Shown here in pieces: positions 53,386-64,000 of a stretch of DNA of 64,000 bases (position 1 is its first letter; every line of letters begins with the position of its first letter). A model generated the notes under the pieces. The model saw only the letters and a list, made by a program, of their open reading frames with translations, did no database searches and was not told the origin of the DNA. The position numbers and the translations under genes were made by a program. This DNA is from the human T2T-CHM13v2.0 reference genome, Homo sapiens: NCBI RefSeq assembly GCF_009914755.1, contig NC_060944.1. One strand, 5' to 3'.

Positions 53386-53516
53386 CTCCAGACATCACTT
53401 GGGCACACTTGCAGAGACAGTGGTCGTTGTCTGAGTCAAGGGTGCTAAAGCTGGTGTTCTGCAGGACCAGGCTGCTCTGGCGCCCTGCTGAGCCGCTGTA
53501 CCCGACCACAGAAAGC
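53386..53516 (-). CDS. ANGPT4: ANGPT4 coding exon (LSVVGYSGSAG...FSTLDSDNDHCLCKCAQVMSG)
   Basis: 131 nt, AG/GT bounded, FST.D.DND calcium-loop motif; phases match neighbours. Confidence 0.95.
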
Positions 53517-53821
53517 CTGGAGGCCACCCAGAGGTGGTGGTGGCAGAAGGGCCCAGAGTCAGGTTGGGGCTGTGTCGAGCAAGAACTTCCCCAGTGGCTT
53601 TGTCCCAGGCTGGGCTTCCCCTCCAGGTGTTCTTGGAGGGACAGCCCCAGCCTGGGTGGAGTGCTTGGGCTGTTTCCCTTCCTGGATTGCCTTCCCTGCC
53701 TGCTGCCTCCCAGGGACAAAGCACTTACTGTATGCCAGGCCTCCCCTATCTCACTGAACCTGAGTCTTGGAGAGAAGTGATAATGGTCACAATAATGATA
53801 ATAATGGCTAATACATATACA

Positions 53822-54120
53822 TTTTTTTCTTTAGAGACAGCAACTTGCTCTGTTGCCAGGCTGGAGTGCAGTGGCACAATCACGGCTCATTACAACCTTG
53901 ACCTCTTGGGCTCAAGCAATCCTCCCACCTCAGTCTCCTGAGTAAATGGGACAATAGGCACGGGCCACCATGCCCAGCTAATGTTTGTATTTTTTGTAAA
54001 ATACAAACATAGGGTCTCACTATGTTGCCCAGGCTGGTCTTGAACACCTGAGCTCAAGCAGTCTGCCTGCCTTGGCCTCCCAAAGCACTGGGATTACAGA
54101 TGTGAGCCACCGTGCCCGGC
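53822..54120 (-). mobile_element. AluJ-like
   Basis: Antisense Alu consensus. Confidence 0.88.
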
Positions 54121-54948
54121 AACGTTTCTTTTTCTTTCTTTTTTTTCTATTCTTTGCATCTACTATGTGTTCAAAGTGCTTTGCATAGGTTAACTCATTC
54201 TCCTTTAATCCTCACAACACCCTATTTCCATTTTACACATGCGAAAACAGAAATCCCAAGAGCCAAAGAAACCTGCTCAAGTCTCAGAATGAATGAGGGT
54301 CAGAGCCACATGCCAGCCTAGTGTGGCCTGACTTGGGAGTCTACGTGCATTTTGTTCCCCAGCTGATGATGATCTGGCAACCCCAGCCCCATCGCACCTC
54401 CTCACATTCACCCACCTCTTCCAAGAAGCCTTCCCTGACTACACCAGCCCCCATGGATCTGGGCTCCAGGGCACCCCAGCTCTGCAGCTTCGACATCTGC
54501 TGCCAGCCAGGTGAGGATTTCTATTTCTTTGCCAGGCTCTGTGGCCTTGGTGGGCATGTCCAAGCCTGCCTGGTGATGAAGACCATGAGATCTGGGGGCA
54601 GAAAGCCTGGATTCAAATTCCAGCTCTACCACTTAGAGCTGCATGGCCTTGGAGGATTGGCTCACCCCACTGAGCCTCAGTTTCTTCATCTGTTCCAGTG
54701 GTAATGATAGTGAAATTAGCAGTGCTGCCCTCGTTTATTATTGATTTGGTGATGTCAGTGTGTGAAGTGTGCAGAGCAGTGTCACGGGGTGAGTGCTCAA
54801 CATTCAGTGCTTGTTATTATTTGGCCCTTGGCAGATGGCTGGGCCTGGTTGGAGAGAATGCGGGGTGTTTGTATGGCAGGGTTGGGGGAGGCTGCACTGG
54901 CAGCTGAAGTAGGGAGCCAATTTGGGAGCAATTAAGAAGGTCCTGCTG

Positions 54949-55267
54949 AGGCTGGGTAGGGTGGCTCACGCCTGTAATCCCCGCACTTTGGGAGGCTGAG
55001 GCAGGCTGATTGCTTGAGCCCAGGAGTTCGAGATCAGCCTGGGCAACATAGGGAAACCCTGTTTCTATAAAAAATACAAAAATTAGCTGGGCATGGTGGT
55101 GCATGCCTGTAATTCCAGCTACTTGGGAGGCTGAGGTGGGAAGGTCACTGGTCACTGGAGCCTGGGAGGTCTGGGAGGTCAGGGCTGCAGTGAGCTGTGA
55201 TCATGCCACTGCACTCCAGCCTGGGCAACAGAGTAAGCCCTGTCTCAAAAAAAAAAAAAAAAAAAAA
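54949..55267 (+). mobile_element. AluJ-like, full length, with private micro-duplications
   Basis: TSD aagaaggtc(c/t)tgctg; internal gtcactg x2 and ctgggaggt x2. Confidence 0.9.
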
Positions 55268-55919
55268 GAAGGTCTTGCTGGGTGGAGGCAAGTGGGTGGC
55301 AGATGTGGCCAGGGCAGCTCAAGGAAGCTCTTGTACCCTCAGGGCAGGGCCTGAGAAATTCCCCAGTGGGAATTCAGAGGGAATACAGAGCCTGGGTATA
55401 TGGTTGGCTCAGTCCCCACACCTCCAGTCATAGATTGTGTCTGTCGCCAGGGAAATGAGACTTAATTATTCTCTGTGTAGAAAAGACTTGGGAGGCTCCC
55501 TCAGCTTCCTTTTAGGCACTTACTATGTCTGGGGATGGGAACAGCCGTGCTCCCAGAAAGCAGTCCAGTCAAGGGTGTGAAAGGCTGCCACGAGACAGTG
55601 ATCGTAATATTGTTTGCTGAGCGTTTACTACATGCCAGGCACTGTGTTAATGCTTCATGTGCAGTATCTCATTCAGGCCTCATCACACCCTTTTTGAGGT
55701 AGGTATGCCTAAAGCACCCATTCTACAGATGAAACCGTGAAGGGACTTGCTCAGGGTCACTCAGGGAAGTAGGGATGGAGTCGGGATTTAAGCCTTTGCT
55801 TTAGTGGCCAGTGGCTTAAATGGGACTCAGCATAGTGTTGTAGCTACTCACTGGTCAGGTGTGAGGAGTAGGGGGACATCCAGGGAATTTTTCATTCAGC
55901 TCTGGACCTTGCATTATCA

Positions 55920-56198
<279 letters not shown>

Positions 56199-57262
56199 TC
56201 AGCTGGAGGAAACAGTGGGGGCATATCACTGAGAAGTTCCCAGAAGTGGAATCAGGCATAAAGTTCAGGAGGACAGAGAGTCATTCAGAGATTCCTTGTG
56301 GGGAAGCGACCTTCCCACCAGTGGAGGTATTCCAGCACGGCTGGATGATGATTGCAACTATGGAGGGAATCTATGAAGAACCAGATGACACGTGAGATTT
56401 TTTGCAGCCCTGTGAGTGTGAATCCTGGTTCAGAGATAGCCAGGACCCAGGCTTATCTAAAAGATCCTTAAATTTCTCTGAGAGGCAATATCATGTTGTG
56501 GAGACATCATGAGTTTTGACAGCAGGGAGATCTGAGTTCAAATTCCAGCTCATTTAACTTGTAACTTTGGGCAGGATACTTAAACTTGGCATCTCAGTTT
56601 CCATATTACTAAAGTAGGTACAGTAATGCCTACTTCAAAGTGTTGTGGGGAAGATTAAATGGAATAATGGTGCCTGGAACACAGTAGGTGCTCAATAAAT
56701 GCTAGTTCCTTTTCCCAAATATACCAAGAACCAGGCTGAGGAAGGGGTGAGAAACCTTGATGATCTTACAAGATCGTCATGTTTAAGCTCATCCTGCTAT
56801 TGAAGAAGCAGAAGCTCAGAGAAGCCAGACTGACTTGTCCAAGTTCCCAAAGCAAGCTGGAGCAAGGCCACAATGAGTGCAGGAATTTCAACTTCTGGCC
56901 CAGGGACCCTTCCACCCAGCCCCAGGGCATAGGACAGGCTGGGCAAGTCACCTCCTTTTGCTTCTGGGTCTCTGTAAAAAGGCTGACTTGGGGTGACTGA
57001 CCTTGGAAGACCCCTTCTTGCTCCTCGGATGGCAGCACCAATGACATTCTTTCCACTCCACCCAGTGGCTAGGACATGCTGAGTGCTAACCAGCCACCTC
57101 CAGATCCCATGACGTGCACCCAAATGGGGGACAGATGGTAGGAACAGGAGACACCCAGAGACTGACCGTTGGAGCAGACTCTGTAGACACTAGCCTGGGG
57201 ACCCCAGCCCGCCCACTAGCTGAAGACCCCAGCCCCCACAACGGCCTGGGCCCCGAACCCAC

Positions 57263-57429
57263 CTGTATAGCTGGTTCTCACTGCCCAGGTGGAAATGTTC
57301 GTACTGGGCATAGGCCTCGTGGCCTTCCCAGTCTTGCAGCTCCACACGCAGAGAGTAGGCTGCCCTTCTGGTGAGCTGGTGCACCACTTCATTGCCCAGC
57401 CAGTGCTCCCCAGCTGGGTCTCCGAAGCC
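57263..57429 (-). CDS. ANGPT4: ANGPT4 coding exon (GFGDPAGEHWLGNE...ENQLY)
   Basis: 167 nt, AG/GT bounded, GFG..EHWLGNE fibrinogen-domain signature. Confidence 0.95.
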
Positions 57430-58031
57430 CTATAGGGAGGGGAGCGTGGGGTGAGACTCATGCTGAGGAGGAGGCCATGTCCCTGGCTGAGGAGCTGGGC
57501 TGGGCCAGGCTCCAGGGCTACTTATACAAAACCACTGTGCTTAATGATCGAGTTCATAAGTACAGTGTAGGCAGGACTGGGAGTAGGAGCCCTCCACCTG
57601 CTAGAGGGAAAAGACTAAGGCTTTTGTAAGTGTAAAAGCCTGTTAAAAGTTATTGAAATCACATTCCTCTGAAGTTCAAGAACAGGAAAAAGTAATATTT
57701 GGTGACTACCTTTGGTGGAGTATTGACTGGGAGGGGGCACAAAGTGGGCTTCTGGGGTGCTGGGAGTGTTGTACATCTAGCACTGAATGGTGGTCACGTG
57801 GTTAAATACATATCTAAAGGCTCACTGAGCCTTACACTTTATTTGTGCGCTTAGACACATGTACGTTAAACCTCAACAAAAATTAAATAAAATATTTCAA
57901 TCAGCTACATAAATAGTAGAGCAAACTTTGTTCAGTGACAGCGCAGCCACTGCAAGATTTCAGCAACACAGAAATGTAAAACTGAGAGTGTGGGGAATGT
58001 CATGTCCCAATGCCCTTGGACAGAACAAGAA

Positions 58032-58052
58032 TTCAGCACCAAGGACAGGGGC
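58032..58052 (+). promoter_or_regulatory. REST/NRSF binding element (RE1) in an ANGPT4 intron
   Basis: TTCAGCACCAAGGACAGGGGC, 18/21 identical to consensus TTCAGCACCACGGACAGCGCC, with canonical half-site spacing. Confidence 0.75.
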
Positions 58053-58848
58053 ACACCCAAGGCCCGCTCCCCAATTTAGTCACGATGCAATGCGGGTTAG
58101 CCTGATGGTTAATATTCAGGGTTCTTTTGTGTATTTCTGCACCTGGACACCCTATTCCTCCTTGCCATTTTAATGGTTGTTTAAAGCCCAATTAGTTCAA
58201 AACACTCATAACTTAATTTGGTATTTATTTTTAAGTATTCCTTAAATGAACAGCAAGCAGACGCAAATAATAGAACTGCTGTATCACTTTGTGGGTATCT
58301 TTTTCTATTTCTTTGGCTTTGAAAACTTTAAGAGCTTTTAAGTATTTTAAGTCAGCTTGGCAAAAAATCCTTTATTCAAAACCTAATTAAAAAATTGGAA
58401 AACAATCGGGCTTCTCATCTGATAAAATACATGTGATCTTTGGGCCTGCAATTCCTCGTTAATGAATCTCTCCTGCAGATATGATCATAGACGTATGAAA
58501 AGACAAGAAACTTCATTAAAGCAACGCAGTCAGGGTTGACTGGGGGGATTTTTATTCTGTCTCCTCCTTTGTATTCTTTAAAAAATTAGAAATGTATATG
58601 TATTTTTTTAAAAAAAATTAAAACAAAAATAAAGCTAAACTTTTTTTCTTAGAACATATGTCAGAACTTTCAGAAAGAACATTCAAATTCAGGTGATGGG
58701 GTCCCATAAAGCAGATGTGCACTGTCAGCTTTAGATGAGTTGATTTTTTCTGGGGGAGGAATGAGGGCAAAGCAGTCCCCTTCCAACAGCCCAGCCCCAG
58801 CCCCAGGTTTCAGAGCAGAATGGCCCCTCCCCAAGGCAGCAGGGCTAC

Positions 58849-58950
58849 CTGTTTGTAATCCTTCCAGTTCCGCTGAAAATTCACGGTGCCATTCTCACGG
58901 CGCTGGATGAGGGTCCACCTGCCTCCACTGCTCTGCAGGTCACAGAACAC
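58849..58950 (-). CDS. ANGPT4: ANGPT4 coding exon (VFCDLQSSGGRWTLIQRRENGTVNFQRNWKDYKQ)
   Basis: 102 nt, AG/GT bounded, phase 0-0, typical fibrinogen C-terminal domain motif. Confidence 0.95.
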
Positions 58951-59259
58951 CTGGAGGGGGTGGGCAAGGCACAGCTGGGAGCCCTTGGAGGTAGCCAGAG
59001 GCCAGGCCTGTGCTAGCCCAAATGTGGCTAAGCAGACAGACCCCCACAGAGCAACAGGTGAGCCTGGGGGTCCTGGGCATCAGAAAGATCCAGGCTTAAA
59101 TTCCCCACCCATTGTCATCATTTTTCTAAAGTGGTGGGTAAGGAATGACCTCTCAGAGCCTTCCTCTCATTTGTAAAATGGAGATTCATACCTTAACCTC
59201 TTTGTGCCTCAGTCTCTCATCTACCAACTGGGGTTGTGAAAATTAAACGAGATGAGTCA

Positions 59260-59751
<492 letters not shown>

Positions 59752-60272
59752 TCAGACCCTCCCTCCTGACATCCGTGCTCTTCTCTGTCACCCTTCTTAT
59801 CGGATGACTTGACCTTAAATTTTAGGACAACCTTGGGAGCCACTGATTGAAAATGGTGGCACCTCTATTAGCCCTGGTTTCTAATTTCCCACATGGAGCA
59901 GAACCCCAACTCCTGCCTTCAACTGGACTATATGTAAACTAGAAAGAAACGTCTTTGGGCTAAGGCCCTGGAATTTTGGGGGTTGTTTGTAATATCAGCT
60001 ATCATCATCTTAACCAACACTGAACTATTTTGTGCTGTTCCAGTTAAAGCACCTCTGAAGTGATGCTGGTTAAGGATGCACTTCCAACTTTGGGAACTTC
60101 TGCTTATCCCCACAATCTGATCCCTGACTGCTGGGAAGTCAAAGCCACCCCTACACCTCTGGTATTTCAGATACTGGACAAAGCCTGATCCCGATGGGGT
60201 GCGGGGTGTCTGTTTGGGAAGCCCTTGGCTCAGCACCCTCTAACAGCCACAGTTCCCAGGGAGCCCCCTAAC

Positions 60273-60388
60273 CTTCCTGGGCTTCGTTGCATTGGACACC
60301 TGGATGGTGTAGACACCACTGGCACTGGCCCCAGAGCGCTGGATCTCTGCACAGTCCTGGAACACCTGCTCACCTGCCATTATGAAGG
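60273..60388 (-). CDS. ANGPT4: Angiopoietin-4 coding exon, start of fibrinogen-like domain (FIMAGEQVFQDCAEIQ...TKPRK)
   Basis: 116 nt; acceptor ttgcag, donor GT; frame joins the next exon. Upstream exons lie beyond the window. Confidence 0.93.
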
Positions 60389-63300
60389 CTGCAAAGGGAC
60401 AACACAAAAGTCAGTTGGAGGTGGGCAAGGAAAGAGAGAAGGGGCCAAGTGGGCATGCCTGCCTGCTTTGTGCCAGGTTCTGGGTTGGGAGGTGCTGGGG
60501 ACAGGGAGATGAGTCAGACCTGGGAAGATTTCGTAGAGGAGGTGACAGTAAGCTGGAACCTGTGTAATGAGCAGGAGTTGCCCAGTGGAGAAGGGGAAGG
60601 TGTTCCAGGCGGAAGAAACAGCATATGCAAAGGCCCCAAGGTAGGAAGGGCCCTAGTGTGTGCAGAGGACAGGGCATGGGGAGGGGAACTAAGGCTGAGG
60701 CCAAGGAGAGGAAATGACTCACACCGTGAGAGAGGAGTTGAGACCAGGGAGGCTGCTTGCTGTATGATGCAACTGAGAGGGTAGAACAAGGCTGGCACAG
60801 AGAAGGTGGGGAAGGAAAAGGAGAGACGAAGCTGAGATTTCAGCAGGGCCAAGTCAGCCGTGAGTGCCAGGCTGCGGAGCCCAGATTCTCTGGGCTGAGA
60901 AAGAGCACTCTGTCCAGAGTGTGGAGGGGGGCCTGGAGGGGATGAGACTCAAAGCTGGGAGGCCAGAGAGGAGGCTGCTAGAGTTTTCTGGGAGAGAGTT
61001 ACTGGGGCCTGAACTCCAGTGAGGCACTTCCCATTTCACAGACCAGGAAACTGAGGCCCAAGAGTGAGGCAACTGGCCCAAGGGCACACAGCCAGGTAAG
61101 GCAGAACCTTCCTTCTTTGGAGCTCCCTTGGGTGGGAAGCTGTGGGCTCCCCTTCATAGCCCACCCTTTTGGCTGTATCTCCCTGCTGCCCTGGGCATAT
61201 GCTCCCTTATTCTGTCCTCCCTTGAAGCTGACTGCTGGCCTTAAAGGGCCCCTGTTTCTTCCCTCTGGACTACATGAGATCGGGATAGTATTAATGACTA
61301 AAACCTACCAGGGGTTTCTAGGCCTGGCCTGGAAAAAGTGACTGTTGACAAACAAAGTGCAGAGATTTAAAATCTCCTCTGTCTCAATTAGTGGAATCCA
61401 GTTAGAGGTTTGAACTATGATTCTACCAGAATCCAATCTCTCTGGGTAGCCAGGTACCCAGGATGGGGCTAAAATTCCAGATGGATAGGTTGTCAACACC
61501 AGTGAGGAACCAGGAGGCTACCACAGGGTGGGACTTCCTGGTTTGGCTTTACATCTGAACTTCAGGGATCCCAGATCCTGGATCTGGGGCACTTGTCCAG
61601 AGAAGGCTATTGCTCTCATGTCACAAATGAGATGACTAAGACCCCCAAATCAATTCCAGTTCACTCACAAGCATTTCCTGGGCAGTGGAGACCCCTGCCC
61701 CACCTGTTGGCACCCCCTCAGCTCCCCACAGGGAATTGGAGTCCAGCCAAGCATGAGGAGGCTGTTGGCCTCAAGGTGAGCAGGGATGGGCTGAACCTCA
61801 CCCAGTAAGGCAAGGACAGAGCCAGGGTTGGCCTGAGATTTCCAGCCACCCTTTCCAAGGCTCTGCTCACTGTTATTTTCCTTAGTCTACAACAATATCA
61901 ATAACAATAACAACAATAATATCAACACAAAAAGTGAAATACTCACCATGTATTGTAGTGTTTCCAAGGTGTCATGTAATGCCAGGGGTAGTTTGGGGCC
62001 AGGAAAAATATTTTTGGGAGGCATAAGAATAGGATGGACTGATATTGATATGCAACAGTTTGATCTGGTCCTCCTCTGAATATCTGGGCTGGTAATTTGT
62101 ACCAGTTTCCCTCGCTTTTGTGCATAGGCACTGTGCTGAACCCTTTTGTATGCATGAACTCATCCGATTCTCTGTGCAAGAACTCTATGAGATTATTATT
62201 CCCGTTTTACAAGTAAGAAAAATTGAGGCTCTGAGAAGTTAAATAAATGACTTGTATGAAGTTCCAGTGCTAATTAATAAGTGAAGGAGCCAGGGCTTGA
62301 ACTCCGGCCCATCTGACTGCAAAGCCAGTGCCCTTCCTCCTACACATCTTCCTTTGGATTTCCACCACTGAGCATATGTAAGGTTGGGCAAACAGCCTGC
62401 ATGAACAATCGCTGCTTTTATATCATGCACAAGTTTGGTCTTTTCTGCCTGTGCCCATGTCCTTGTAACCTTCTGAACCAAACTCCCCAGTGCCTGGGAA
62501 CATCAGAAGACTTGACTCTCTTCTCCTTTCACTAGCCTCCACCTGACTGGGACAAAGCCATGCAGAGAGCTAGTGCTCCCTTCCTGCTAGACTTCAAGGA
62601 TGCCTGGTTCCTGTGCCCCATCTCCATCCAGCCCTCTCTTCTACACCTGGTGACTGAGCCTCTCCTTCAGTTTCTCCATCCAGAAGGGGGTGAAAGCAAC
62701 TGCCTAGTGTCCTTCCCTGGTGATAGTGGAGCACGGGGGACAGGGTGTTTGGGCAAAAGGTGCCCAAGGTGAGGTGCCCAACACAACCTCCTACTCAGAC
62801 GATTGAGCAGACATTCAGCCTCATCTGGGGACTGGGTTACCAGTGGGTTAGTGGGAGGCATTGGGCCCAGGCCCTGTGCCTTGGGCTGAGCTACAAGAAA
62901 CCCACACATGGGATGAATTCAGGCAGCTCAAGGCCAGGTCTGTGCATACGCCAGTAATAGGTTCAGGTTAATCCACATGTCGCGATTTGGAAGGTGTCTA
63001 CTTTTCCTACCTGTAGCTTCCTTAGGCCTCAAACCCCTACTCAGCTGGGTCTGCCAGACTGAGATGGAGCCAGGGTGGAATCTTCTGCCCTCAAATCCCT
63101 GTCAGCCCTGGTGGTGCCGGGAGCGCCATCACTATTGGGTCTTAAAGGCTTTCCAGCCTTCCACTATGGATCCAGGAGCAGCAGTAGCCCCTTTGGTCTT
63201 TCTCTCTCATCAGGACATCTCCACTCATGGTTCCAGTCAGAGCTTCTTGAAAGTAGTCCCACTCTGTTCAAAAGCCTCCCATGCCCCCTGCTAGCCTCAG

Positions 63301-64000
63301 GCTAAGAGCCCTTCTCCTTCGCACAGCCTTTGGACCTGTCTATTTTTATGGTCTGGAAACTTCAGGAACACTGATAGCTGAGCATCTGGCACATATTATG
63401 CACTCAAAAACCATGTATTTCTTTCTCCTTCCCTTTGGGACCCGTAAACCAGGGACTGGACATTTTTGCAAGAGACAGGAGCTGTGACTGTGCATTCACT
63501 GCTGTATCCCCAGCACCCAGCACTGGGCCTGCCACACAGTAAGTGCTTAGTAAATGTTTGTTGACTGAGTGATTGCAGCTGGGGCCAAGAATGCCTTGGA
63601 CACCCCAAGTAGGCCGTGTTAGAAGGAGTCAGTGAGAGCCTGGGAGCCCAGCCCAGAATTGTTTTCTTGACCCAGAAGCCAGGGCCAGGGATGCCTCTTC
63701 ACTTCTGTTTGGCCCTCTTGGGCTTAGGGGCAGGGGCATTAAGATGAGAGAGGTCCTTGGGGTGCATTGAGTCTAACCTCCCAGTTCCTCCCATTCTACA
63801 GCCAGGAAAACTGAGGCCCAGGGAGGGGTAGGACAAGCCCAAGAAAGTGGGGCTGGAGAATGAATCCTGGAGACCAAACTTGTCAGTCTGGATTGCTGTT
63901 GCCCTCATCCTCGCCTCCAAAACCCATGGGTAAACTGAGGCCAAGAGAGGGGCAGGGGCATGCCCAAGGTCACCCATGGAATCAGGGGACAGGGCCTGGA

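Overview
This is primate (human) genomic DNA, recognisable from its proteins as the FAM110A-RPS10P5-ANGPT4 region. From recall this is chr20p13; the location was not verified by search. FAM110A (+) has a single-exon CDS at 23906-24793 and up to three candidate promoters: CpG islands at ~12.6-13.5 kb and ~20.1-21.5 kb, and a CCAAT/GC/TATA element directly before the coding exon. An RPS10 processed retrocopy with an intact 176-aa ORF and a 33-nt internal duplication lies antisense in the FAM110A intron (18504-19147). The last five coding exons of ANGPT4 (-), encoding the fibrinogen-like domain, lie at 52062-60388. The remainder is mostly Alu, MIR, L1, L2, MaLR and DNA-transposon repeats. I found no evidence of a wholly new biological system. 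The best leads are the intact retrocopy next to a CpG island, a near-consensus REST/RE1 site in ANGPT4, a motif-dense FAM110A promoter with an overlapping uORF, and several clear template-switch or locally templated insertion scars. Repeat subfamily calls and many repeat boundaries were made by eye and are approximate.
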